DNA of 64,000 bases from the NCBI GenBank assembly GCA_951406725.2, contig OX597833.1, positions 17,856,001 to 17,920,000 of the forward strand, given 5' to 3'. Positions 1-12,340 of the stretch are shown in pieces. The notes under the pieces are model-generated. The model searched no databases, was not told where the DNA came from, and was given only the letters and a program-made list of their open reading frames with translations. The DNA comes from Octopus vulgaris. Lineage: Eukaryota. Each line of letters begins with the position of its first letter. Within the stretch, counting starts at the first letter, position 1. Both the position numbers and the translations under genes were made by a program.

Positions 1-166
1 TTGATTACATCGACTCCAGTGCGTAATTGGTACTTAATTTATTGACCCCGAGAGGATGAAAGGCAAAGTTGACCTCGGCGGAATTTGAACTCAGAACGTA
101 ACGGCAGACGAAATACCGCTAAGTATTTTGCCCAGCGTGCTAATGCTTCTGCCGGCTCGCTGCCTT
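1..166 (-). mobile_element. SINE family A (tRNA-derived), cut by window edge
   Basis: Reverse complement of ggcggcgagctggcagaaacgttagcacgcc...gagttcaaattccgccgaggtc...catcctttcggggtcgataaattaagtacc, a sequence repeated more than 15 times in the window. Confidence 0.85.
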
Positions 167-289
167 CAATATTTGTGTATTTCTAATGCATTGAGGACAT
201 ACATCTCAACAACAGCATGTGATGTTGTCTAACTCTGGGTCAAAATTGACCCAGTAGGTCAACAATTAGAAGATATTCCAGCTGTGAAC

Positions 290-480
290 ATCATCATCAT
301 CATCATTGTCTTAATGTCCACTATTCTTGCTTGGGCTGAATGGTGCTTATTGAGGCAGGTTTTTTTCATGGCCGGATGCCCTTCCTGTCACCAACCCTTA
401 CCAGTTTCCAAGCAAAGCAATATTTGCTCTTGACCAGACATGTTTCCACAGGATATTGGAAATGACTGAGATCCATTTAT
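290..480 (-). mobile_element. RTE-type LINE 3' tail remnant
   Basis: (CAT)n tail followed by ggccggatgcccttcctgtcaccaacc, complementary to the tail at 10775-10908. Confidence 0.45.
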
Positions 481-499
481 GATCACATGATGCCAAGAG

Positions 500-862
500 A
501 AACACACACACACTCACACACACACACACTCTCTCTCTCTCTCACTCTCTTGCTCTTATACACACACACATACTTTCTCTCTCTCACACTCTTTCTCTCT
601 CTCTCACTCTTTCTCTCTCTCTCTCTCTCACTCTTTCTCTCTCTCTCTCACACACTCTTTCTCTCTCTCTCTCTCTCTCATACACACACACACACATGTG
701 GTATGGTAGGCTTGTTTCAGTGTCTATCTACCAATTCCGATTACAAAGCTTTGGTTGACACAGGGCTATAGTAAAAAAACACTCACCCAAGGTGCCATGC
801 AGTGGGACCGAACCTGAAATTATGTAGTTGGATAGCAAACTTCTTAACCACACAACCACACA
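500..862. repeat. (CA)n/(CT)n microsatellite followed by decayed SINE B head (minus)
   Basis: Dinucleotide runs at 500-695; ccaaggtgccatgcagtgggaccgaacc matches the family B core. Confidence 0.8.
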
Positions 863-1186
863 TCATAATAAAATCAAAAACAAAAAGATAGGCAGTTTGC
901 TATAATTAGAAAAAGAAACTGAACGAAAGCAAACACCTTACTCATAATTTCACATCACCAGCCAAAAACAGTGCTTCTAGGCCTTGTAGTGCAAATTCTA
1001 AGCAAATTAATTTCATTTCATTATCATGAATCACTATGTACACAGTCTTCACAATCAACACCTAGCATTATCCCATGCCAAGCCTTTAGGTATAGAGAAC
1101 AAGTGTAACGGTAGAATAAGAGAAGGAACAACAAAACAAGACCCAGTCGTTAAAACGGAATCTGTCGAAGAATTAGAGGAAGAATT

Positions 1187-2148
1187 TTAATCCTTTTGAT
1201 ACCAACCCAGCTGAAACTGGCTCTGGCTCTGAGTAAAAATGTCTTGCTTTCATAAGTTTTGAATTAAAATCTTTCACCAAACCTTAGTCACAATTTATGT
1301 TCCTAACACAAGCTTCGTGATAACTAAGTTATTTTACTAAATTTTTTGTTATATTTAAAGTAACTGAAAGAAACACAGAGCATCTCAGCAGAAATATGGT
1401 AACAAAAGGGTTAACAAATGATTAATGTAACCCTTTCGTTACCAACCTGGCTGAAACCAGTTCTGGCTCTGTAGTACAAATGTCTTGTTTTCATAAGTTT
1501 TGAATTAAAATCTTCCACCAAACCTTAGTCACAATTTATGTTCCTAACACTAGTTTAACGATAACTAAGTTATTTTATAAAATTCTTTGTTATATTTAAA
1601 ATTAATTGAAAGAAACACAGAGCATCTCAACAGAAATATGGTAACAAAAAGGTTAAAATATATAATAAAGAAACAATTATTTTACCCTTTCGATACCAAC
1701 CTGGCTAAACCACTTCTGGCTCCTGTAGTACAATTGTCTTGTTTTCAAAAGTTCTGAATTAAAATCTATCAAACCTTAGTCACAATTTATGTTCCTAACA
1801 CTAGCTTAATAATAGCTATGTTATTTTACTAAATTCTTTGTTATATTTTAAATTAATTGAAACAAACACAGAGCATCTCAACAGAAATATGGTAAGAAAA
1901 GGGTTAACAAATGATTAATTTAACCCTTTTGATACTAACTTGGCTGAAACCGGCTCTGGCTCTGAGTTCAAATGTCTTGTTTTCATAAGTTTTGAATTAA
2001 AATCTTCCACCAAACCTTAGTCACAATTTATGTTTCTAACACTAGCTTAATGATAACTAAGTTATTTTACTAAATTCTTTGTTATATTCAAACTTAAATG
2101 AAAGAAACACAAAGCATCTCAACAGAAATACAGTAACGAAAGGGTTAA
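1187..2148. mobile_element. Four tandem ~228-bp piggyBac-like MITEs
   Basis: Units 1187-1414, 1427-1656, 1681-1907 and 1920-2148, each with termini like TTAACCCTTT(C/T)G(T/A)TACC ... GGTAAC(A/G)AAAGGGTTAA. Confidence 0.85.
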
Positions 2149-2478
2149 AGCATGGAATGAAAGGGTCTAAAGGTCAGCTTAGTGAAGATAAAAGCTTTAG
2201 TTTACAAGGGAAAGGGAAAAACCCCAGAATCCCTTTCTCTTCTTTTGACATTTAAGAAACGGCTATACTTGATATTCAGAAAAGGTGTAAATAGAAACTT
2301 TATACTGTGTACTCAGTGGTAATTATGGATGCACAAAGGTGTAGTGATATTTCATTATAGGTATTAAGATTTATAGGAATAGCGAAGAATAAAAGTACCT
2401 AAAAAAAGACACATGTTCTGGTTCATTGCACTTTATCATTCAGTTATTAGTTAAGTATTTAAGTACTTAACTAATAGT

Positions 2479-3127
2479 GGAGGCACAATGGCCCAGTGGT
2501 TAGGGCAGCGGACTTACGGTCAGAGGATCATGGTTTTGATTCCCAGACCGGGCATCATGTGTGTTTATTGAGCGAAAACACCTAAAAGCTCCACGAGGCT
2601 CCGGCAGGGCGTGGTGGTGACCCCTGTTGTACTCTTTCGCCCCAACTTTCTCTCACTCTCTCTTCTTGTTTCTTGAGTAACGCTGCGATGGACTGGCTTC
2701 CCGTCCAGCTGGGGGCGGGGGACACATACGCCACAGAAACCGGATTCCCGGGCCCATGAGCCTGGCTAGGCTTGAAAAAGGCGACGAAATATATATATGT
2801 CGAGGCGCAATGGCCAAGTAGTTAGGACAGCAGACTCGCAGTCGGAGGATCACAGTTTCGATTCCCAGACCAGGCATTGTGTGTTTTTATTGAGCGAAAA
2901 CACCTAAAAGTTCCACAAGACTCCGGCAGGGGTCGGTGGCAACCCCTGTTGTACTGTTTCACCCCAACTTTCTCTCACTCTTTCTTCCCGTTTCTTGAGT
3001 AACGCTGCAATGGACTGGTGTCCCGTCCAGCTGGGGGGAACACATACGCCATAGAAACCGGGAAACTGGGCCCATGAACCAGTCTAGGCTTGAAAAGGGC
3101 GCATAAATAAATAAATAAATAAAAAAA
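2479..3127 (+). mobile_element. SINE C (tRNA-like head, tail 1), head-to-tail dimer
   Basis: Two copies (2479 and 2802) of ggaggcgcaatggcccagtggttagggcagcggac...ctaggcttgaaaaggg with A/B boxes; flanked by acttaactaat at 2465-2475 and 3128-3138. Confidence 0.88.
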
Positions 3128-3164
3128 ACTTAACTAATTAACTAATTGATTGTTTGATCAATCA

Positions 3165-3830
3165 CTCAGTGGCTTAGTGGTTAGAGGTATTTCATGGCTG
3201 TAAGGTCGTGAGTTTGGTTCCTGGTGGCATGTTGGGTCCTTGAGCAAGACACTTTATTTCATGTTGCTCCAGTCCACTCAGCTGGTAAATATGATTTGTA
3301 CTTGTAACACAAAGGCCCAGTCTTGTCACACCCTGTATCATGCTGAATCTCCTTGGGAACTATATTAAGGATGCATGTGTCTGTGGAGCACTCGACCACT
3401 TGAATGTTAATTTCACAAACCGGCTGTTCTGTTGATCGATCAACTAGAACCTTGTTGTCATAACTGACAAGAGTGTCAGTTACACTCTTATACACACACT
3501 CAATGTGTAAAGGCACTTGGTTTAGTGATTAGGGAATTTGGCCCATGATCATAAGGTCATAAGTTCAATTCCTGGCAGCATGTTGTGCCCTTGGACAAAA
3601 CACTTTATTTCACATTGCTCCAATCCACTCAGCTAGCAAAAATGAGCATTACCTGTAATTCAAAGGGCCAGCTTTGTCACATTCAGTGTCATGTTGAATC
3701 TCCCTGAGAACTACATTAAGGGTACCCATATCTGTGGAGACCTCAGCCATGTGCATGTTAATTTCATGAGCAAGCTGTTCCAGTGATCAGATCAAGTGGA
3801 ACCCTTATAATCATATCCAATGGAGTGCAA
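3165..3830 (+). mobile_element. Two decayed SINE D copies with tail 2
   Basis: Core ccttgagcaagacactttatttcatgttgctccagtccactcagctgg followed by the atgctgaatctcc...gaactacattaaggg tail. Confidence 0.75.
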
Positions 3831-3835
3831 GGTAA

Positions 3836-4581
3836 TTCACTCTTTAGCATTTACTGTAAATCCTTGAGTATAGTCTGCCCTTGAGTATAATAATACGCAG
3901 GGGATTTTTATGGCGTTGTACCTCTGAAAAACCTAAACCTTGTGTACAATACACACCCCTTCTCTAACTTGAGTCAAGGAGGTCTATATAACGTCCTTGG
4001 TTTGTAAAAATGTATACGGTAACATCTTTTATTATTATTGTATATATAACATAATGCAAATGTGTAGCTTTTTTGTGCATTTTGTTTGCAGAAAATAAAG
4101 AAATAACAGTAATAACGTTTAATAAATGTTGCTTACTGCAAGTTATGGATGATCCTTTTATGACTTCATTGCTTTCAGGCTTAGCTTAAGGTATTTTCGC
4201 GCCCGACATCACAAAATGCGCCTGAATAAACATTGCCGGACAGCAAATAGAGACTCGGACATTGCTTAGAAAATAATTTTCATTTTTAACCTCGTATATA
4301 GTACACACTAGGGATTTTGACCTTTAAATTTTGGGGGAAAAATGCGGATTATACTTGAGGATTTACGGTAGATTACTCTGTTAAATGTATCCCATATTTA
4401 TTCACAATGCTTTGAATTGATCATACATTATCTTGTGACTTTGAGACTTTATTGATATGACTGTTTATTTTTTAGAATGACATTGTAGGGTAGGTGCAAG
4501 AGGCCAGGCCAATCTAGTTTGAACATAAAACAGATAGAATACTTTGACTGGATATAGCCAGTTTAAATGCAAAAGAGTTAA
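3836..4581. mobile_element. TTAA-type MITE interrupted by a second MITE
   Basis: Termini ttcactctttagcattta / taaatgcaaaagagttaa; same family as 45930-46402. Confidence 0.7.
3854..4368. mobile_element. Tc1/mariner-pogo-like MITE with TA target duplication
   Basis: TIR CTGTAAATCCTTGAGTATA / TATACTTGAGGATTTACGG; TA at 3852-3853 and 4369-4370. Confidence 0.8.
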
Positions 4582-4869
4582 TTAATTGGTGATGTTTATC
4601 AAAGTCTATCCAGTGTCATTCATAACTGACCTCTTTGATGACAGACCCTCTCTGCTCCATGTCAGCTTCAGACCTGTCTGTCTGTCTTTTAATTAGCATT
4701 AATTTATATATCAACATAATTATCGGCAACAATAACCACTCACCCACTTCCATTCTGATATACAGCAAAATCTGCTTCAACGCAGGAGTTCACATCAAAA
4801 TTTTTGCAAACCAAATAAAATAGCAAAATTCTCAAAAACTGAAAGTCTTTTAAGTACCCAGAATGCTCG

Positions 4870-5335
4870 CTGGTTGTCGCTGATGGCTTCTGTTACCTAG
4901 GTAACCTAATTAGCAGTAGGGGGCAGGCAGATGTGGCTTAGAAAATGCATAATAGCCCTGTTTTCTCTCTCCAAGTGAAGAAGGATGTGTAATGCAAGAA
5001 GCAAGGGTGAGCTAAGAGAAAAACTGGGCATCATGAGGGGTATCGTTGTAATGTGTTGGGGAAAAGTCTGCACTGATATGGATATCTGGTACATGTCTGT
5101 AACAGAACACACTTGCCCTTCTCGCAGACTATGCGTGACAAAGTGTCAAATGATGCAAGTGGTGGGACCCTGCTGAGTAAGGGATCTCCCCCATGCACCC
5201 CGCTCCTGCTCCCCAACAAAATGTGAGAAGTGGTAAGGTTTGGTCATAGAATGCAGAAACCTCATGAAATAGATGTCAAAAAACCTCATGCCAAAATAGA
5301 AAAACAGACATAATGTGATATGATGGTGATGAATA
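4870..5335 (+). pseudogene. Decayed RTE-clade LINE ORF 3' end
   Basis: Fragments translate to DGFCYLGNLISS, FSLQVK, ELREKLGIMRGI and CVTKCQMMQVVG, resembling the RTE C-terminus; ends in a gatga tail. Confidence 0.65.
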
Positions 5336-5350
5336 TATGTGTGTGTGTGA

Positions 5351-5385
<35 letters not shown>

Positions 5386-5465
5386 TATATGTATCTATAT
5401 GCATGTTTATATATGTATGTATATATATGTGTGTATATATATATATATGTATGTATATATATATA

Positions 5466-5540
<75 letters not shown>

Positions 5541-5542
5541 GT

Positions 5543-5838
5543 GGAGGCGCAATGGCCCAGTGGTTAAGGCAGCGGACTCGCGGTTGTAGGATCGCAGTTT
5601 TGATTCCCAGACCAAGCGTTGTGTGTGTTTATTGAGTGCAAACACCTAAAAAGCTCCACAAAGCTCTGGCAGGAGGTGGTGATCCCTGCTGTACTCTTTC
5701 ACCACTCTTTCTCCCGTTGACCTGCTCGCTTAGCCAGCGGGGTGGCGTCATTTGAAGGCTAAAAACAATGCGAACGCATTGTGACCAGCGATGTGTGACA
5801 GCATCTGATGGTCTGGTCGGTCACGTGATCACGTGATA
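5543..5838 (+). mobile_element. SINE C with tail 3
   Basis: Family C head and body, then ctcgcttagccagcggggtggcg...ggtcacgtgatcacgtga; the same tail occurs alone at 59088-59208. Confidence 0.8.
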
Positions 5839-6084
5839 TATATATATATTTATGTATATAAATAGATAGAGATATAACATTATCATTGTTTTAACATCTA
5901 TTTTTATATACTTGCAGGGGTCAGACAAGAGTACGTTGGGGGCAGTCATTTTCTACACCCAGATGCCCTTTCTGTTGCCAACCCCCATCTGTGAGAAAAT
6001 AATATTCTAGTCTTTCTCTCTCACTCTCTATCTGTCAGTCTGTCTGTCGGTCTCTCTTTCTATATATATATATATATATATATA

Positions 6085-6300
6085 ATTTTAATCCAAACGG
6101 GAAACAAAAAAAACAACAACAAGGGAACAATTACAGTATTATTATTAATAGGCGCTCAGGAAATGGAAGCAGGGAGGTATGACGTTTCGAGCGGAGCTCT
6201 TCATCGGAAACATAAAGAAGGAAGAGAGAGGAAAGAAAGATCCCGGAGCGGGCAACGGAGATAGAGAAAAAAACGGCTGGTGTTAGGAGTAGCACATGGT
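6085..6300 (-). mobile_element. Non-autonomous PLE-derived element with minimal hammerhead motif (6177-6211)
   Basis: Homologous to 58050-58250 and 49100-49230; minus strand GUUU-CCGAUGA-A-GAGC-UCC-GCUC-GAAACGUC-AUAC. Confidence 0.6.
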
Positions 6301-6613
6301 GATATATATATATATATATATGTGTGTGTGTATAAATAGAATTTCGAGACAGAATCTCCATAAAGTAATTCAATTAATAATGAAAGGTATTATCTATAAT
6401 AAAATATAAATTTAAATATATTATTAATATTATACTAACAATTACTATACTAAATAATGCACATTAAGACGATGACTTACGTTTTGTGACGATATATTCA
6501 AATCGAAAATATCAAAATACATGTATATATATATGCATATGTATGCATGCAACTTTATGAATACACACACACACATAGATATGTATATATGTATGAATAT
6601 ATGTATATATGTA

Positions 6614-6649
<36 letters not shown>

Positions 6650-6704
6650 TGCAATGCAACTTTATGAATACACACACATACACACATATATATGTATATA
6701 TGTA

Positions 6705-6751
<47 letters not shown>

Positions 6752-6761
6752 TATGTATATA

Positions 6762-6804
<43 letters not shown>

Positions 6805-7333
6805 ACACACACATATATATATATATCCACCTCCCTCATATAACAATAGCTTATCTCAAAACAATATAATTTCTTGCAATTTGCACAACATGTTGGCTTT
6901 TCTATAATGTTTTCTTTATAATTTTTGTGAATTCATTAAGTTTTAGTAATTATATAATGTGTAGATTTATGCATGGTGTAAGATGATTCATAATTTAATT
7001 ATTCTGGAACATGCACTTAGTCAGACATTTTGGTAATTCAGTTAAATTCTCGCAATCCTCATTAATTATATTCTTTAATTATGATTCAATTATGAATATA
7101 TAATGATAAAGCTATGGCAGTGAGGTGGCAGAGTCATTAGCACACAGGGTCAAATGCTGAGTGGTACTTTGCCCATCACGATGTTCTGAGTTCAAATTTT
7201 GCTGCAGATAACTTTGTTTTCCATCCTTTCGGGGTTGATAAATTAAGCCCCAGTGAAACTCTAGGGTCGATGAAATCGACTATCACTACCCCCACCCACC
7301 AGATTGCAGGCCTTGTGCCTATAGTAGAAAAGA

Positions 7334-7702
7334 TTATTAACTCCATCTTCACAAAGGCGGAGGTATTGTTTTCAGTAGCATTTGTTTGTTTGTCTGTGGA
7401 CAAGATATCTCAAGAACCGCTGGATGGATTTGGATGGAACTTTCAGGGATGTTTGGCCTCGTGACTGACACGAACTGATTAAATCTTGGGATCGATCAGG
7501 TACCGAACAAGGATTCTGGATTATTTTTCATGCTTTTTTACTTAATTTTTGAGAGTGGCCAGGTTCATTTTTAGTATTCTCGTTTGTGAGAGCAGTCGAG
7601 TTTATTTCAGATACTCTCATTTTAAGAATCATCTCCAGCTAATCGTTAGGAGGACTTTGGTGTTGCCTTGGCAGAGGTTTGTGCTCTCTGAGTGCCCTTG
7701 TT
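7334..7702 (+). mobile_element. Helentron/HINE-like non-autonomous element
   Basis: 5' ttattaactcc...aaggcggaggtattgttttc, (gttt/gtct) repeats, ggatggatttggatggaactttcagg, and 3' ccttggcagaggtttgtgctctctgagtgc near-terminal motif; matches my recollection of HINE structure. Confidence 0.55.
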
Positions 7703-8381
7703 ATTATTATTATCATTGTTAGCTTACCGGCATTTCACCCATCTTTACATTCTGAGTTCAAATTCCTCCAAGTTCACCTTTGCCTTTTATCCTTTCAGGG
7801 TTGATAAATTAAGTACCAGTGAAACACTGAGGTCCATATAATCAACTGGTCCATATAATCAAAGGGTTATCATCAAAGTAGTGCGCTGGCAAAGTTGTTA
7901 GCACACCAGACAGAATGCTCAGTGGCATTTTATCCATATTTATGTTTCTGAGTTCAAATTCCAGTGAGGTCCATTTTGACCCTTTATCCTTTTGGAATTG
8001 ATAAAATAAGTACCAGCTGAGCACTAGGAAATTAACCCTCCCCTGAACCTAGTGGCCTTGTGCCAGAATTGTTGGCACAGGCACAGGAGTGGCTGTGTGG
8101 TAAGTAGCTTGCTTACCAATCACATGGTTCTGGGTTCAGTCCCACTTTCAGAAAAATAGGTATTTTTTTAATGAAATTTTCAAGAAATACCTTTCAGATG
8201 AGTTTGATGCAATAAAAATGTGTGGAGGCGGATATTTCACGCATCTCGATTTTGTTTCTTCAAACTTTTTGATGATGTAGATTACAATTATGTTGAACAA
8301 GCAATTACTTTTGAAACATACGTGATATCTGCTATCTTTAGCATATTGAGGTAGAGGATGGGCTACCTGTGAGTTTGTTTA

Positions 8382-8440
8382 AGAGAGAGAGAGAGCAAGA
8401 TAAGAAGAGAAAGAGAGAGAGAGAGTGAGAGGAAGAGAGA

Positions 8441-8494
<54 letters not shown>

Positions 8495-8564
8495 GAGAGT
8501 GAGAGAGAGAGAGTGAGAGAGAGAAAGAAAGAGAGAGTGAGAGAGAGAAAGAGAGAGAGAGAGT

Positions 8565-8623
<59 letters not shown>

Positions 8624-8803
8624 TGAGAGAGAGAGAGTGAGAGAGAGAAAGAGAGAGAGAGTGAGAGAGAGAGAAAGAGAGAGAGTGAGAGAAAGAGCAA
8701 GAGAAAGAGCGAGAGAGAGAGAGTGAGAGAGAGAGAGAGTGAGAGAAAGAGAGAGAAAGAGAGAAAGAGAAAGAGGGAGAGGGAGAGAAAGAGAGAGAGA
8801 GCG
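8382..8803. repeat. (GA)n imperfect microsatellite, ~420 bp
   Basis: Directly visible. Confidence 0.95.
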
Positions 8804-8863
8804 AGATTAAGACTGCAATAAAATAATGCAAGAAATTTGCATTCAGTAATAATAATAATCGTA

Positions 8864-9174
8864 GAGGCGCAATGGCCCAGTTGTTAGAGCAGCAAACTCA
8901 CGGTCGGAGGATCGCGGTTTCGATTCCCAGACCGGGCGTTGTATGTGTTTATTGAGCGCAAACACATAAAAGCTCCACGAGGCTCCGGCAGGGGGTTGTT
9001 GACGACCCCTGTTGTACTTTTTCGCCCCAACTTTCTCTCACTCTCTCTTCCTGTTTCTTGAGTAGCGCTGCGATGGACTGGCATCCCGTCCAGCTGTGGT
9101 GGGGGAACACATACGCCACAGAAACCGGGAAACCGGGCCCATGAGCCTGGCTAGGCTTGAAAAGGACGAAAAAA
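8864..9174 (+). mobile_element. SINE C tail 1
   Basis: Full copy; aataataatc at 8851-8860 and 9175-9184 is a probable TSD. Confidence 0.88.
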
Positions 9175-10220
9175 AATAATAATCAGTACTAATATGGCGG
9201 CGAGCTGACAAATCGTTAACACACTGGGCAAAATACTTAACGGCATTTCGTCCGCCCTTACGTTCTGAGTTAAAATTCTGCTGAGGTCGACTTTACCTTT
9301 CATCCATTGCTGGTTTTGTACCGAAATTTGAAACCCATAATTAGCTTTAGCATAGTTCTCTCCTTTCTATAAAGATTTCTTTCTGAGAATTTTCGGAAGC
9401 GAGAGGAAATCTCGTCAAAAGTAATTTTTTACCATCATAATTGTAAATTACATCATCAGAACGTACGAGGAAATAAAACCGACACACGTGAAATATCTGC
9501 TAATCCTCCCATTTTTTATTTAAAAAAAAAAGATTTTTTTACGTAAAATTCTGATATAATTGTACTCTACACTATCTGAAAGGTATTTGTAGAAAATTTC
9601 ACTGAAATATATCCGTTTTTCTGCAAGTTATGAGGAAACAAAATCAAGACATGTAAATTATCTGAAACATTTCTCTCTTCTCCGAAGACGTTTTTCACTT
9701 CAAATTCCGACATAATTGCAATTTTCACCATCTGAAGTGTGATATGAGGAAAAAAAGTCATTGAAGGGGTGCACATTTCTGAAGTTATGCCGAAGAAATA
9801 TTAAAGACGCTAGTTATATCGCAGTGAATAAAAATTAGTTTTGATTGAATAGTGAAGTTGAAATTTTCAGTAATAAAAGCCTCTGCTAAAACACATTTTG
9901 ATAAAAATATATTAAAAATTGGAATTTATGCTATTTTCCTAAATAGAGTAGACTTTGATGATTGCCTTTTGTTTTGGTAAAAGTTACGTACTCCAAACTA
10001 ATTAATAAACTAATAAATTTCTTTGTTATAGTATAGATTACATACACCCAGACATTCCCCTCACACATCCATATACACGCACACACTAACACATACATGC
10101 ATATACAAGTCTTTGAGCATATATCAAGAATCCTTATGGTTATAGTTCCAAGAGATCGTTTCAATGTATAGTTTACAGTAGGCATAAAAATATATCAACA
10201 TTTCGTCAGTTAAACACGTT

Positions 10221-10456
10221 TCTTATTTCTTTGCTGCCCACAAGGGGCTAAACCCAGAGGGGACAAACAAGGACAGACAGATGGATTAAGTCGATTACAT
10301 CGACCCCAGAGCGTAACTGGTACTTATTTAATCGACTCCGAAAGGATGAAAGGCAAAGTCGATCTCGGCGGAATTTGAACTCAGAACGTAAAGACAAACG
10401 AAATACTGCTAAGCATTTCGCCCGGCGTGCTAACGTTTCTGCCAGCTCACCGCTTT
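10221..10456 (-). mobile_element. SINE A full copy
   Basis: Full head-to-tail match to family A. Confidence 0.88.
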
Positions 10457-10774
10457 TATAACACATTTCTGTCGAAAGAAAGTTAACAGAAAAACCAAAA
10501 TTAACACTGAATGACCATGGTGGTAAACAAAATGGAAGTGAGTATCGGCAGGTGCCAATAAATTTGAGAGGTGGCCTCATAAATCTCCGAGTACTAACGC
10601 CGAAACAAAGATAAAGATCTCGTAGGAAAATCTAAGTTACGGTTTCGATTCTTGGCTATGAATCCAAGAAACGAGTTCTTACAGTTTCATTCATTTATTT
10701 TTCTACTCGCGTTATCTATCCACCAATATCTTCTAGTACAGTAAAAAGCACTTTGTACATTCTGTAAAGGGCTT

Positions 10775-10908
10775 AATGTTAGGAAGGGCATCCAGTCGTA
10801 GAAACCATCCCAGACCAAACAAGTGGAGCCTGGTGCAGCTCTCGGTCGGCCAGGCCCTGTCGAACCGTCCAACTCATACCAGCATAGAAAATGGATGTTA
10901 AATGATGT
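10775..10908 (+). mobile_element. RTE-type LINE 3' tail
   Basis: aagggcatccagtcgtagaaacc...ggagcctggtgcagc...ccagcatagaaaatggatgttaaatgatg. Confidence 0.55.
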
Positions 10909-11304
10909 TAATATTGTAGCGACAACCTGGCTAAGATTCGAACCATAGTTCTCAGCTATTTCCAGTCTAGAATCATGACCTAATACGTCCAATAAAGAGA
11001 AACAGAGTTGCTATAAAGAGTATAAGGTTCGGTCAGTCGATGATGGCTGACTTATTTACGACTGAGGCAGCAACTTCAGAGGAAGACTGTAAATTTTGCT
11101 GCCAAACAGTTATTTACAGGCGAGTCAATTCAACTTAACAGCTGTTTCGGTATTTGTACGAGTCGGTTGCTTTACCCCGTGTGGTAGTTTCTCTCTCTCT
11201 CTCTCATGTTCCTATCCTATTCACTGGCCTAAACTGACAGTGTCAATCAACGAATATTCATTATACGCAGTGATCCATAATGTCCTGTACCACTTTTATC
11301 TTTT

Positions 11305-11658
11305 GTTTTTTACTTGTTTCAGTAATTTGACTGCGGCCATGCTGGAGCACCGCCTTGAAGAATTTTAGTCGAACGAATCGACCCCAGTATTTATTTATTT
11401 TTTAAATCCTGGGTTTATTCTATCGGTTTTCTTTTTGCTGAACCGCTAGGTTACAGGAACGTAAACACACCGACACCAGTTTCAAGCGGTGGTGGGACAC
11501 ACACATGACGGGCTTCTTTCAGTTTCCGTCTACCAAATCCACTCACAAAGCTTTGGTCAGCCCGAGACTATAAGCAGAACGCACTTGCCCAAGGTGCTAC
11601 GCAGTAGGACTGAAACCGGAACCATATGGTTGGGAAGCCAAACTTCTTACCACACAGA
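11305..11658 (-). mobile_element. SINE B
   Basis: Family B core cacttgcccaagg (CORE-like) and tail ttgtttcagt...gactgcggccatgctggagcaccgcc. Confidence 0.85.
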
Positions 11659-11687
11659 CAATTTATTGGATGTATATCTGTAAACTC

Positions 11688-12180
11688 GTGGAGGCACATG
11701 GCCTAGTGGTTAGAGCAGCGGACTCGCGGTCGAGGGATCGCGGGTTCGAATCTCAGACCGGGCGATGTGTGTGTTTATGAGCAAATCACCTAAGCTCCAC
11801 GCGGCTCCAGCAGAAGGTAATGGCGAACTTCTGCTGACTCTTTCGCCACAACTTTCTCCCACTCTTTCCTCCTGCATCTTGCAGCTTTCCTGCAACGGAC
11901 CGGCGTCCCATCCAGGTGGGGAACCTATACGCCAGGGAAACTGGGAAACTGGCCCTTATGAGCCAGGCGAAACACCTAAACTCCACGCGGCTCCGGCAGA
12001 AGGTAATGGCGAACTTCTGCTGACTCTTTCGCCACAACTTTCTCCCACTCTTTCCTCCTGCATCTTGCAGCTTTCCTGCAACGGACCGACGTCCTGTCCA
12101 GGTGGGGAACCTATACGCCAAGGAAACCGGGGAAAGCGGCCCTTATGAGCCAGGCGTGGCTCGAGAAGGAACAAACAACA
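11688..12180 (+). mobile_element. SINE C variant with internal ~185-bp tandem duplication
   Basis: One head (gttcgaatc B box), then body and tail repeated twice; explains the repeated peptide in ORF 11765-12148. Confidence 0.85.
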
Positions 12181-12340
12181 TATCTGTTAACTCAGTGAGG
12201 TGAGTAAATAAGGTATTTGGAAACTCAGACAAATCTTAGAATAGCTATTTTGGAAACACACAACCTGTCTGACATTGAGAACAGCGAAAGAAGAAAAAAG
12301 AATCACAAACCATACAAGAATACCCCACATAAATATCTCT

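Noticed and set aside
1026-1190. 54-aa plus-strand ORF ending VKTESVEELEEEF*
   Set aside because: Looks coding-like with a possible tttag acceptor, but it is short, has no recognisable homology, and its stop is the MITE TTAA.
2479-2560. tRNA-like sequences with A/B boxes (here and in all SINE heads)
   Set aside because: They continue into SINE bodies and lack a complete acceptor stem; SINE heads, not tRNA genes.
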